Source: Trichosphaerium sp. ATCC 40318
Lineage: Eukaryota; Protista; Tubulinea
Assembly (NCBI GenBank): GCA_038496445.1
Contig: JALMLS010000013.1
Location: 1 to 64,000, forward strand
DNA length: 64,000 bases
Direction: 5' to 3'
Shown here: piece after piece, positions 24,054 to 37,600 of the stretch
Layout: the number at the start of each line of letters is the position of its first letter
Numbering within the stretch: position 1 is the stretch's first letter
The notes under the pieces: generated by a model
Database searches by the model: none
What the model was told of the DNA's origin: nothing
The model's input: only the letters and a program-made list of their open reading frames with translations
Translations under genes and position numbers: made by a program

Positions 24054-27000
24054 ATAATATCAAAATAGTATACGTGGAAGTTGTATAACTACTACTACAA
24101 CCATCCCAATGACAACACAAACCCTTTAATTCACAAAAAAAAAAAAAAAAACAAAAAAGAAGAAAAAAAAAATTTAAGGTTCATAGCATTGGAGACCTGC
24201 TTTTGATCCTTTTTTAAAGAAACCATTATTTGTGTCTCTGATACTTCACATTTATAAATAATGTGGATTATAACTTTGGACCCTTTGTACATGCTCTTGT
24301 AAAAATTGTAGAAGAGAAAACTCTTTTTCTGGAAATGTTGCTTGTCGTTAACTGATTTTTTTCTGTTTTTTTTTTCGTTCTTTAACCATTTGAGATACGA
24401 TTGGTTTTTTTTGCTGATTAAATGTTTGCCTTTGGTTTTTTTTTCGGGGCATTGGTCTTTAATGTTGGTTGATACTACCCACAGGACTGAGGTAATGACG
24501 CTCAATACATTTGAAGTGTTATAGATGACATTACAAGGAGCATTGAGAAAAGACGCTTGGGCGTGTAGCAGCACGTGTTTAGAAATAGTTTTTCAGAAAA
24601 ATCAACTTGAAACTGCTTTAGGTTTTTTTTTTGTTTTTAATTAACGGAGTTTTGAAGGGTATTGTTTGTAATTAATATTCATCGGAAAGTGGTAGGGCTG
24701 TATGCTTTCTCTTCAGAGAGATCAGCATGCATAGAGCCTTTTTTGTTGTTTAGATAATTGAGAACGTGTTAAGCACAAGTTTTTATCTTGTTTTCTTCTT
24801 ATTCTTTATTACAACGCACGTGGCAATACATAAACCACGCTGGAAATTTTTAATTAATACGCACCTTAAAAACTGCGTACTGCACGAATAGTCGTTCGTT
24901 TGGGATACACATATGCGCGAACAGTGCCATCCACGATAAGTTTTGGTGTTATGAGCAAGTTTGAAAAAAACCATGTAAATTATGTGTTGTATCTCCTTTG
25001 AAGCACAAGGTAGTAACAGATTACTTGATTTATCATATTCTCGCTTTCAAAGGCTACCATTCTTTTAATTTTTACAGCTGTATACATGTTAGGTTGTTTA
25101 TAAAGCACGTGTGACAATCACCTAAGTGAGATACATAGCGTAGTGATTTTGTTAAAGACCTCGCTAGTTTCCTTTCACATGTTTTTTTTATTGTCAGATA
25201 TTAGCAAACAGCGCCGGAATTACGCTTATTACATCAATGAGAGCATTTATAGTGCTATGAATGATGTTTTTTGAAGGTATTAGGACAACTCCGGACCAAA
25301 CTACAAGTAGAAAGCTAGTGAAAATTTTCCGAGTTTTCAAAGGTTTGTGTCATCGTTTTTTTTGTGAGTTTGTCTTGTTTCACATGAATAATTTCTGTAT
25401 CCATAAATCTCCCACACAAATAAATAAGACATATAAATATCACATTGGGTTTACGACAATTTTCTATGTTGCCCTGTTACCGCGCATTTTGCGCTTTTTT
25501 TTTAAATACATTTTCAATGAAGTATTTTTTTAATCACTTTCGCTTTTGTAGTCGCTCTCTTCGTAGACTCATAAAATCGTAACCGGAATGAAGAATGGTG
25601 TATTTTTATTGTAAAGTGAATAAGTTAATTAAGAATTCTACTGTAAATAACTCTTGAGTGTTTATCCTTGTGACTCTAAGACCCAACTTGTTTGTGTCAT
25701 TTCGCTCGGAACAAAAAAAAAAAAAAAACAAAAAAAAATCTCGTAAGTACTTAATTATTCCCTCCATTTACGCTGTCTTCTTCTCTCTCCAATTACCTTA
25801 TATAGCCCTTTTCGACTCGTAACCACTCTTAGTGGGAAAAAAACCTGAAAGGAATAATTATAATCACGACAAGTCCTGAATGTGAAAGATTGCGTCATTA
25901 TTTTCCGGTGTTGACGTGAATGTGGTTTTGTCCATAGTTAGAACGCTAGCAGATTAGCTTCACACTACGCTACATATATAATAGAATAATAATATTGTAG
26001 TATAAATGCGTATTACGCTTCAGAATGCTAGAAAAAAAAAAAACTACAAAAAAAAATCACGGCAATACTTGTTTACCCACTTCCGCACGTGACTCGCTAC
26101 CAAACTATCTTCCATTGATACTATTCGAAAGGTGTGGAGTTTCTTGCTTTAAAACTGCATAGCATCATCATGACACACGCCGCTAGCGAGAGTTCATTCA
26201 CTTTGTGTTATGTGGACTACTACAAAACAATAAGACTTTGTTTTTGTTTACTTCTTCCCTATTAAAGTTATCTTTATCACGTTTTCGTTCTTTCGTATTA
26301 TGCCCAACGTAGAAAGTAAACTACGTAAATAACGCTTATTGATTAATAAACGTATTACTAAAGGTACATACCTCTCATTTTGTCTAAAAGTTAAAGTCAT
26401 TCAAGTATGTGACAAATTTTTCCTAACTCTCTCTAAAACTACCTTTAGATTATTTTATCGCGTACCTGGTGTATAAAATAAACGTGTGATCTAATTACCA
26501 GATGTATTGCTGTTTGACACTAACTAGAAAGATAATAATTACAAAAAACCGAGGTGAAAAAAAAACCGCTTCAAAATTTAACATGTGGTAATACCTCTTG
26601 GCAACACGTGATGTCAATAACTTTTTGATTATTGATTTTAAGGCTTCTTTTTAGTTGGTGTTAACCGACGCGTTCTATCTAGTCGACGAAGGCGATAACA
26701 GCGCTAGACATACAAGCGAGAGCGAAAGGGAAAATTTTTGAATTACGCGGAGGTTTTGACACAAGTTTTTAGCTATTCTATGTAGTTTTAGGCACACTCT
26801 CGTACTAGTTCGCGTACGGGCGCTAAACGAATAGGTGATGGATATTACGCCGTTGGTAACAAACACCAACAGGCATTTTCCAAACATGAAAAAAAAAAGA
26901 GCAAAAAAACTGAAAGATTGCTTTTGGTCGTATTTCTGCACCCCGAAAAGCGGACATCTTATAAAGGAGCACGTAAGTAAGCAATAGAGATTGTGAACTA

Positions 27001-27464
27001 TAACGCTAGCTGCAAGTTATTGTGAGGAACTACATGAAGCAAAAAATCTGGATGTATGAATTCCAAACGCTTTTTTTTTTATTTTAATGCACGCGTTTTG
27101 CTTTTTCTTCTTTACGTTTTGCTAACCCCTTATTTGTAACGATACATTGTGGAACTACCTAAACAGACACTTGTGATAACCAAGTACTATAGCACGTCAC
27201 TGACTGAAATAAAAGAATGCGAGGTGATGCGTGACAGCACTTTATATAAAATTAATAAAAAGAAAAACAAAAATAAGATTAAACAAACCACGCTTCCGAA
27301 GCATCCGCTACTATATCATCAACAAACATCATTTCATACGCTAGGCTATACTGCTAGCGTTCCTTGGGTATTCACAAATCAATACAAAATTTCCGTGGGG
27401 CATTATACCCGTAAAGGCTCAAAGGCAAAAAAACCAACACATCATCACATCAACGCAAGGAGTT

Positions 27465-28866
27465 ATGGACTTTGATTTTATCCTCAATAACAACCCACTA
27501 CGGGATGTTAAACCTATCAAACATAGCCTACAAAGCAATACTTTTGACAAACCAAAACCTGCCGTTTCAAAGCACGTGACAAAGGTATCAATGGTACCTA
27601 TAAGACATACAAAATCTGACTTTGGACAAAAGGTTCGTAAATTAAAATCTCCCTTCGAGCTTCACCATTAGTTTTTTTTTTTCATTTAAACTACGTAACG
27701 TTATTATCTAAATACCTATTTCTTTGTGACAATGATTACACACTTCAATTTTCAACTTGGGTGAACTTATCATGCAGTTTTTGTTTTTTTTGCAAAAAAA
27801 CACAAAAAAACCACAAAAAAAAACTGCAGTCTCAAAAAAAAAAAATTCGGTTTATTGTTGTGACAATAACGCTCCCCTTTGTTTTTGTGTATCTATTAGT
27901 AGACCTCATTTTTTCTTTTATGGCAATTTTCTGTAATTTTAAAAAAATTCTAACCTCGCTGTTCAGATTAGAGCAAAAAAACCTAAAACACGCCGTGAGA
28001 GACGTCTATACCAGAGAGAAGAGCTAGACTATCTTATGGAGAAGGTTCAAGACTCTATAACATTTCATTCATCTCAACTACAAAATTTGGACTTTAGTGG
28101 CCCATCAAAGAATATAGACATAGAAACGAACTGTCCTGGAGTTGTTTTGCATATGGCTATTTCTACTGCGGAGCAATTTGCCTCACAGTTCAAAACCGGC
28201 TTGGTCCCGATTATTCCGAAGAGAAATACAGGCGCTGGCCAAGGCCAAGTCGGCACGCAGTTCAAGGGATGCAACCTACGTCTCAAGCCGATAAAATCCT
28301 CAAAGATTGTGATGGTTCCATTTCCGAAGCCAAACACTCCAACCCCTTCCGCGACACCCAAGAGCGTACTGTCTAATGTATCTACTCGGCATAGTACAAC
28401 TGGTGGAGGATCTTCCGTCGTGAGTAAAGTACCCAAGCCAGAGTTTTGTAAAGTCAAGCGAGAAGAGACTGGCGAAGCCAAGGACGCTGTATCTGCATTA
28501 ATGAACTTGAAAGAAAATTCTTGGGAGGCTAAAAAACGAAAACGGCGGACGATGACTATTAACTCAGCCAAACCTCTCAAGAAGCGACGCCTTGAACAAC
28601 CGACGCTACAGCAGAAAAAGAAAAAAACCGTAACGATGCCAGTCTCAAAGCAAATTACTGTACGCTATCGCGATCAGAGTGAGTCCTTTGGCGTCTGGTA
28701 CGGTTGTTTGGCCGGGCACATCCTTCAACACATAACTCGCCTTGACGTATTCGGCATCGGCGATTACAGTAGGTGCTACCTTCGAGATAGCGCTGGAAGC
28801 ATTGTCTTAGAGAATGCACCATTTTTTACCATCCACACAGACGGTGGACTTTTTCTCGAACATTGA
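27465..28866 (+). CDS. Two-exon basic, probably nuclear protein of unknown function
   Basis: Exon 1 (MDFDFILNNN...FGQK) joins in phase 0 to TTCAG|IRAKKPKTRRERR...MEKVQD (ORF 28036-28866). NLS-like KKRKRR, KKRR, KKKK. Confidence 0.75.
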
Positions 28867-29776
28867 TTGAACGAAGTTTGAGAAACCAAAAGATTGTAGA
28901 CTAAAAAAGAAAGAAGAAAAAAACCTTTATAATATTGTAGAATAATTTTGTGAATAAATAAAAAATGTACAGACAAAAAAGCAACGTGGTTTATTTAGAA
29001 AGAAATTTCATATATTTTCCGAGTAGAGTGTTACGTTGCAACCCACGTAACTTCACTGTTCGATACATAAACTGCAAATTATATAGTTTCTACGCTTAGG
29101 TGATAAAATACAAAGCAAGGCAAGCAGATCTACGAGCACTGCAGTGTTTTTTATGTTAATGGTTTTTACTGCGTTGAAACGCATTTTAAAGGTTACGGAG
29201 GTCTAAAAACAGCGTTTAGCGCGATCTTCAAACCTTTTTGTTTCTTTTTGACTAGGCTTTTTTGGAGTTGGTCTGACACACTGTAGTAATCTCTAACAAT
29301 GCGGGGCGACGATATGAGAGAGTTTCGCAAGCAAAAATTTTGTACGTAATAACTATCCTTCTCCGTGCTCTGTAATACTCAAATGCACCAATACTCGACA
29401 TTTGACAAGATTTTAGCGCTAAAATCCATTATTCCATACATAAGAATAGACGGAGGCCGATTAAAATATGAACCGGTGCGTATAATCAATATTTAAGAAT
29501 ATAGATGGCATTTCTTGATATTTGCTATCGAAACGCGTTTTTTCACTTATATAACGCTACTAAACAACGCAATACAACTAAATCGTACACTTTTGAGAAA
29601 AACAAATCCTTATCCATTAATACCAAGTCCGTCAGTTTAATTTTTTTTCTGAAAATGTCAACACCAAGGAATGCTCTTTTTTCGCTTTTTTTTTTACGCG
29701 TTGACAGTTACGCGCGTGTAGCTGTAAAAAAAAAAAAAATTTAAAACACTGGCTCTCTAACCTTCCTCTAAAGGTT

Positions 29777-30262
29777 ATGCGCCATCGTAGCATTGCTTTA
29801 CAAATGGTTTTGGGACCTTGGTTCTGCACATGTACTTGTTTAACTTTATGGCTTCTATCTGGAGAATCATTCCTCTCAAAGGCGTTTTTTATGATTCCAG
29901 TGATTTTTAACGTAATATGCTTCATTTATTTCACAACAGCTCTTTACCTCTCCCTACGTGATAACCTACCTAAGATGGTATCTAAAAAAAACTCCATGGG
30001 TCTATTTCTCTTCACTCTTCTCTTTTTCGAAGCTGGCGTTATGACATTATTATTCTGGGTATTATACTTGGTTCTTACAGCAACAGATACTCCTCTATGT
30101 AGATCTCTTTTGTGTAGTGGTATTTTAAGTGGTGTTTTTGGTTGGATTAATATTCTCACTCTTATCAATATTGCTGTACTATGGCACTCTAGAAGGAACT
30201 TGGGTATCAGCTTGGTTGACGCTTTTGGTACGTTGTTTTACATGCGAGTTTTACGCGCGTAG
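29777..30262 (+). CDS. Hypothetical multi-pass (about 4 TM) membrane protein
   Basis: 161-aa ATG ORF with four hydrophobic stretches. Confidence 0.6.
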   Translation: MRHRSIALQMVLGPWFCTCTCLTLWLLSGESFLSKAFFMIPVIFNVICFIYFTTALYLSLRDNLPKMVSKKNSMGLFLFTLLFFEAGVMTLLFWVLYLVLTATDTPLCRSLLCSGILSGVFGWINILTLINIAVLWHSRRNLGISLVDAFGTLFYMRVLRA

Positions 30263-31131
30263 CTTTGAAAACGAATGACTACTTTTTGTCCGAGTTTTTT
30301 CTGCGAACGAAATTTGTTTTTTTTTCTTTTTTGCAAGTTTTATTTTATTGATGTGTTTTAAGGCATCAACGAATTGCGTGATACGTAGTGTAAATATATA
30401 TTGGATCATAAAGAAAAAATGAATTTCGAGAATCTTACTTTTATGTAGGCATTTGACAAGGTTTTTTTTTTGAATCTTTTTTTTTTTGGTTGAAAAAAAC
30501 TTTAACTGTTAATAAAGAGTTTACTAGCCACCTAAGCCTAATAAAGTTTTGTCCTCACTTTGCTATTAAAATTTTTTATAACATACAGTATGTTCCTTTT
30601 GAATATAAGCATGAACATTTTTGCATTCGTCCAAATCACGTGATGTGTTTAAACAAATTTTTTTTTTCCTTTCAATTTCTGCACCTTTGTAAGTCCCATG
30701 AGTTGTGTGGTTGCGTATGATTTCGTGAGCATTAGTTTTATGTATCATGTCTAACAGAGATCCAAGAACTGCCATTTTTTCAATGATGATATCATATGTT
30801 TAAGTAGAACTCCTTAAAATATGACGTTGTTGTAAGTTATTTTGGAAAATATTTTAAATAAAAGTTGTTCTTATTCTGGAACTCTTCACGTGATTCTTAT
30901 TTCATCACAATGATTTACTAAGATATTCGAGCAAGGTTTTTAAAACAGCGCTCAGCATGTCACTACTCATGAACAGCAGAAAAACTAGAACGCTTTTTCA
31001 AGAGCTTGAATACATGTTCTAACCGACCAAGGCTTTAAGAACTTCTGAAAAAAAGTCATGTTAAAGTTAAAACAAAAAACCGGCTTAATGCTTGTGTACA
31101 CTTTAAATAACTGTCATTCAACAAGCACACC

Positions 31132-31974
31132 ATGAGCAAAGGACGTCCTTACGAATACACCTTCAGGTTTGGCAGCGAGATAACAGTTACTGCTGGTTTT
31201 GAACTCGAACAGGTTCGCACCAAGTAGCAGTATAATAATCTAACTGCATTTTATTAATAGGACTCGACGCGAAAGATAAAAATGAACTGGCTAAAAGTTA
31301 ACGGTACTGACTGTACCGATACGTCATTCGAGAATAGATACTCTGGCGGTATTGAAGAGCAAATAACATTTACATGGGAAGGGCATTCATACAAGCTGTT
31401 TTGGTTAACCGAGTTGGGCAGTTGGAATCTTTCAACTAAGCGTACTTACAAACCAATCGATCACGTTGAAAAAACGACCGTATACGTCGAGGATGCCTGT
31501 ATTCGTGTCGAGTACGATATTCCTACTCAGTTAGAAGACGATACTACCTATATCAGTACTGTAAAGTTTACAAACAAGCTACCTCTTCCAATAACAGACT
31601 GTTTGGCTTACATCGACATTGATGAAGATTCCCCTTATCACAGCGAGATCATGAGATGTGGAGGCTCTGCAGACCTTGATTTGGTTAAGATGGACTTTGG
31701 TAGCATTCGCAGCTTCGGGTACTAAGACATTCTGATAGTTTTTCTTGTTCAAATTAAAAATCACGTGATTAACACTCTTTGTTGTAGAACCAAGACACAT
31801 AAGTTCAAGTTCTCGTTTCCAAAGTTGGACGAAAAAATGCCTAACGATTCTTTTGAAGGGCTGTTCCAATTATCTCCACGCTTTGAAGTAGATTATGCAA
31901 AATGGGGTGGTACTACATACGCTTGTACAGTAAAAAGCAAGTACTTGAAAGAAACTCAAGAAAATGTGGAATAA
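31132..31974 (+). CDS. Three-exon beta-rich protein; C-terminal part resembles a transglutaminase C-terminal Ig-like fold
   Basis: MSKGRPYEYTF...ELEQ|DSTRKIKMNW...FG|TKTHKF joins in frame through GT-AG introns. STVKFTNKLPLPITDC resembles VxFxNPLxxxLTxC; the fold call is tentative. Confidence 0.7.
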
Positions 31975-32140
31975 TTCACAAGAATTAAATAAAGTAGTTA
32001 GAACAAAGGGTTGTTTAGTTCCTGATTTTATCCTTACACCATTACCTCCGATACCTCTCTATACCCTCCGTAAAGGTATTAAACCACAGCCGCTCTCAGG
32101 CTAACTCTAAATACCACCTCCTATCTGTATTACATCGTAT

Positions 32141-32341
32141 GCATCAGCTGGTGTTCATGCAATTTACCTTGTGGGTTGTTATCAAATAACAGATGAAGGT
32201 GTTAAAGCATTAGCTGGCGTTCATACAATTTACCTTTGGAGGTGTTATCAAATAACAGATGAAGGTGTTAAAGCATTAGCTGGTGTTCACACAATTAAGC
32301 TATAGGTTGTAATAGAGTTACAGGTGATGGATTAAAAGCTT
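32141..32341 (+). pseudogene. LRR-only cassette (three 66-bp units) of the F-box/LRR family
   Basis: AGVHAIYLVGCYQITDEGVKALAGVHTIYLWRCYQITDEGVKALAGVHTIKL* with no F-box upstream and a frameshift in unit 3. Confidence 0.85.
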
Positions 32342-32536
32342 GTATAATAAACCAATAGTATGTACACTGGAAACACTGTTAATAGATTGGCCAGTTAAAC
32401 CCATTGAGAATACTATCATGTGTATAAGAAAGTGACAACAGCCACGGATCTGTTGCTTTTGTTCATGACATATTGGTAGAGTATACACATACAAGGTATT
32501 TCATACAATCCTCTTTTATATGTTGACAGATGTAAT

Positions 32537-32614
32537 ACTAATTGTATGTACACCAGCTAGGCAACTGATGTTGCAGATAAATCTATAGTATGCACACCAG
32601 CCAAACAAGAAACG
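32537..32614 (-). pseudogene. Degenerate LRR relic
   Basis: Reverse strand reads VSCLAGVHTIDLSATSV...LAGVHTI with a frame break. Confidence 0.65.
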
Positions 32615-32962
32615 CTCAAATCCTTTCAAAATTTGTAGTCACTTCCACACCCAACATAGGCGTAGTAATTGTGGATATACTAGTGTTAAAATAAGACATA
32701 CATCACAAGCTGTATTTTGAGCAGTCTCTCTAACACTTTAAATAAAGGTATATTCTTCATCGTAGACCTTAGAATAGGCAGGGAAGTATAGCAATGATAA
32801 CATTGTTTGTGCCACAATTTCAGATTGGCTGTTCGCCTTACTTTAAATGCTTACTATGGATGTTTAAACGTGAAATGACTGTTCATGTAACTAACTCTAA
32901 TATCTTCTGTTTTATTGGTGCAAGAGCAGAGATCCAACAGAAACTGCTTGATCAGTACTTTA

Positions 32963-33966
32963 TTATTGTGTAACCTCACTTAGCCCTTTAGCAATACCTT
33001 CGTCTGTAAGGCGTGTAAATTGATGGTATGAACACCGCAGAGCACTTTGATGCCTTCATCTGTAATGCGTTTGCAACCAGTTAAAATGATGGTATGAACT
33101 CCAGAAAGAGCTTTAAGCCCTTCATCTGAAACACGGCACCCAGAAAGATCAACAGTATGAACACTAGAAAATGACTTAAAGCCTTCATCTGTAATACCAT
33201 GACAATACCCAATATTGATTGTATGTGCACTAGAAAGGGCCTTTATAGCTTCATCTGTAATCTGGGAACAATGGTCAATATTAATGGTATGAACACCAGC
33301 GAGAGCTTTAACACCTTCATTTCTAGATCAAAACAATAGCTAAGATCAATTGTATGGACACCAGCAAGTGCTTTGACTCCTTCATCTGTTATTTTACTAT
33401 TATTAACACTAATAGAATGTACTCCAGAAAGCGCTTTAAATCCTTCGTATGGCACATTAGTGCAACTATTAAGATTAATTGTATGTACACCAGAGAGCAA
33501 TTTTACACATTCATCTGTAATTCTTTTACAGCCAGCAAGATTAATGGTGTGTACACCAGCGAGTTTTAACACCTTCATCTTCTAGATCATAACAATAGCT
33601 AAGATCAATGGTATGAACACCGCCAAGTTCTTTGACAATTTCACAAACACTTCCACCTCTAACCTTGATTGCGGTACACTGTAGAGCACTTCTATGTTTC
33701 AACAGTGCTTTTACTTGGTCTACACTTGTTATTGTGACGTGATCGTATCCAACAACATCATGGATGATACAAGCAAACTGGTGACAGGTTTGACAACAAG
33801 CAAATCTTGCTGTTGTCGATTCACGTAATATATGAGTCAAAATCTCAGGCGGAAAATCCAATAAGCTCATTCCAGCACTAAGATGCGTTAACATAGCGAA
33901 ATGTGTGTCATGTTAATACCTCTCGGTCACTGGCTCGAATTCTGACACCGTTCTTTTGGCCTGCAT
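32963..33966 (-). pseudogene. F-box + LRR pseudogene with at least 3 frameshifts
   Basis: Exon 1 MQAKRTVSEFEPVTES, phase-2 intron, F-box SLLDFPPEILTHIL. The LRR frame breaks near 33560, 33320 and 33020. Confidence 0.88.
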
Positions 33967-34373
33967 ACACTATTTTATGTTAGTTATTCGTGTTCAACAC
34001 GTTTTTCTGGGATTTCAAAAGTGCTATTTTAGTTTTAAGTCGTAGCTCGTGTAATACGTGGAAAACCATATGGCGTTGTTTTAATAGAAAACACAATAAC
34101 AACAATACCAAATCAGCTTACAGCGCATTTTACTTTCTTTAACAAGACTAATTAGTAGCGTGTACCTTTTAGTTATGCTATAGCGCCGTTTTCTTGTAGT
34201 AGGTTCACGTGTGCTTAGACTCTTTGTTGTAGGCTCAGGCTATTGCGAGTGTCCTACTGGTTGGTGTTGTTGATCGTGAAGGAGTTACAGTTAAGTAAAC
34301 GCCAATTGTTTTAGAATTTTGCGTTTTTTTTGTCAGCATCCGAAGATCTAGCTAACAAAATTTTAAGTCACGT

Positions 34374-34522
34374 GGGTTTGCACTACATTTCGAAATTTGG
34401 CAGCATGTTGTATTCTTCGAAATCTGTTCTTTTGGAATCCTTTTGCAATATTTTTGCAGAAAACAGCACATTTTTTAGTCAATCGTAGCTCTTCTCAATT
34501 TCGCGAAAAGTAGTGCAAACCC
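34374..34522. mobile_element. 149-bp MITE with ~26-bp TIRs and 3-bp TSD (CGT)
   Basis: Ends GGGTTTGCACTAC...GTAGTGCAAACCC, flanked by CGT on both sides. Second copy at 53838-53983. Confidence 0.9.
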
Positions 34523-34674
34523 CGTGTATATTGACAAAATGTTCAATATTGAGGCGACAAAATAAAAACACGTGTGTTCTTGTGAAAAAAACGGGTCATT
34601 TACTAATTTCAACGTGATTCGTTTTCTTATTGAGTTTTCCGAGCTTCCACCTCTCGCCGTAAAGACCTCATATA

Positions 34675-37600
34675 ATGACCACCATAAACATAGCAATGAT
34701 AATCCTGTTAATTGCGATATTAAAACTATCTTATGCTCAAACAGACTTTGTAACAGCGTTGAGCGAAGCGCACTCAAATGACCCTCTATTTCACGTGCGT
34801 ATTTCATTTTTTTGCCCAAAAAGTATCGCTTGTTCAAATACCCAAATCTTTCTCACGGCCGTTCTTCAAGCCTTGTAATCATACTAGCGTGACTTGCGAT
34901 GGATTTGACGCCATTTTGGAAGTGTACGTACTAGATTAGAATCACAACAAGTTGTTTGTTTTCAACAATTAAACCAAAATGGTAGGCGAATAGAAGATAA
35001 CATGAGATTGAACCTAGTTGATGATGCCTTCGACGATTTAGGCTCTCTTTCGGTTTTGTACTAAATTGTTACCCACTAGTTGTTTCTAACGCGTGCTAAG
35101 AGTTCTTGACAGCCCTAACATCTCGTGGCAACTTACTTTGAATCCCGGAAAGCTATTAAACCTAGAAATTTTGTGCGTTCTTTTTGTTTTGTAGTCTTAC
35201 TTACCTTCTACAGGTTTCTTCGTGGTACGACTCATAGGAAATATTGAACCACTTGTTATTATTATAGACAACCATTGTGATATTTCATCTCTCCTAACAC
35301 GTGACAAGGAACGATTCAAAGCGCATCACTATTTCCTACGTCAATATCGCAGCTAACAAAGCTAAGGGAGCTGTGAGTCAACTACTATACAGCATTTTTG
35401 CTTACTTATCTACTCCAACAGAACTATAAGTGAAGATCCTAATATAACTGGAGAGCTTGCAGCAAGCTTGTTTACAGATCTTCCTCAACTAGAAATTCTG
35501 TACGTTTATTTTCTTCGCCAGTTTTTCTGTCAAATTCACAAGTTTGTAGTGATGTATCAGGTACTAACATAAGCGGAACTATTCCTGATGTACCGCCTGT
35601 ATCACCTTTGCGGGTTCTGTACGATATCTTAACTTGTTTTCATACTGCTACTGTACTTACTCAAAAAGAGTTCTTGATAACACACAAATGACTCCGCCAA
35701 TACCAGTAGGGATTTATGATAATGGGCTACATCGTTTGTACGTTTGTTAACATACTGTTAAATCACATAACCTTTTTAAAGGAGCATCAGAGGAGTAGCA
35801 GCTCTTTCAAATGCACTAAATCTATCACGTGTTGCCCAACCAGCGTTTGCCAGAATGACTCTGTTGTACTGCAAACTGAACTTTGCGATTAAACTCAACA
35901 CTGACTATTTATTACCTAGGTCTATGGGAGGTAAATCTATATCGAAAATACCTTACCACTTCGCTTTTCTAATAAACCTAAGACAACTGTACTATTATAT
36001 ATATTAGTCAAAAAATTTTTATCTAAATCATTGAGTTAGGAGGCTGTCTACCTGCGATTTGGAGGGACCATTACCTGCTTTCCTCAAAGGCCTTACTTTA
36101 AATAAATTGTATGTTTCTATTATCACTATTATGGTTAACATAAGATGATTTATAAAGGAATCTAGCACTGAACAGGTTGAATGGTACTATTCCAGAATGG
36201 GTATTTGATATTAATGAGGTGTAAGTAATATATGTGCCTGTACCTCACTCTAACCTTTTACCAACAGGCAGTTCCGAGATAATTCATTCTCAGGGAGTTT
36301 ACCACAAGTACCCTATAATGCCTCGACGAGTCTAGGCCGACTGTATGTTACATGTATTTATAGAACATGGTTTTCTAACTTTTGTATTTTATATTAGAAT
36401 TCTTAACAGAAATAATCTAACAGGAAATCTTCCTCCAGCGATTGCCCACTACTCTGTATTGTACGCAGAGTTTTACTAGGTTTACCTGAGAAATACATAG
36501 GAACTTAGATCAAAACCAATTCTCAGGCGGATTTGAGCATTTTAAACAAGCCAAAGCTACAACAATGTACATTGGATTCTCTGAATGGTGTATTATCGTG
36601 CTTACATACAAATAGTACTCTAAATGGAAACGGTATCAGTGGTTCTATACCTGAATTTAACAAAAGAATAGAATACACTCTTATGTGCGTGCTTGTCTCT
36701 TTTTTTTATTGAACTTACAAATATTCTAAAAGATCTTTGTCTGGAAACCAGCTGAGCGGATCCATTTCTCCATCAACGTTAGAACTCAATGTTAAAGAAT
36801 TGAAACTGCACGATAATATGTTATCAGGATTCCTTCCTGAAGGTGTTGATGTGTCTCATATCAGCAAACTGTACTATTTATTGTACCGTTTACTACACGT
36901 GTTGAAGCTACATTTAGAGACATTTCAAATAATGAATTATTTGGTCCTCTACCAAGCTATCTCAGGGATATCGCTGATCTGTATGTACTTTGCAACTTAT
37001 TGTATTAATAGATTTGTTTTTAGTAACGTTCAAAACAACAGATTCTGGTGCCCATCAGTTCCTTTTGAAGTCAACAATTGGTAATGTCGCAATGTTATTA
37101 ACATTCTTTCATTTATCTCAAATACTAACGAGTGATAGTGATGACTTTCAAAATTTTGCTGGAAATTACTTTTGTGATGAGTCTGGAATAACTTGTAAAA
37201 CTTTAGGAAGTCTGAACTGCCCTGGAATGTGTTTGAGCCTTCCAATTGTTTTCACTGGAAACTATACACTTCCGGAAGATACAATAATAGATACAAGAAC
37301 TGTGATACAAGGAGATCTCAATATCATCGTTAAGACAACAATCACAGTTCCACCTAACTTTGGTAAAGGTGATACATTGTTGACAGTGACAGGAACGCTG
37401 TTTAGCTAGATGTATTCTTGCTTTAATTCTTTCAATAGGTTGTTTGACTTGGCAGAATGAACTGCTTGTTACAATTCCGCAAACAGTGCAGCGACCATCG
37501 CGTATTGAACTTATTAAGGCTAATTGTGTTGTTGGTGATGTTGATAATATAAAGATAACTAGCGACAAGCAGTGCTTCGATGACAAGGCGCAAAAAACGA

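Noticed and set aside
24131-24574. 147-aa minus ORF and other short ORFs in A/T homopolymer-rich intergenic DNA
   Set aside because: Low-complexity K/F-rich translations from poly-A/T tracts, with no motifs or splice support.
28074-28580. 168-aa minus-strand ORF
   Set aside because: Antisense shadow of the GC-richer exon at 28036-28866.
34180-34292. Ankyrin-like fragment (AIASVLLVGVVDREGVT)
   Set aside because: Too short and degenerate to support a call.
35214-35372. Apparent frameshift in the GPI-LRR gene
   Set aside because: Resolved by an 11-nt micro-exon (35214-35224) with a GTACGA donor.
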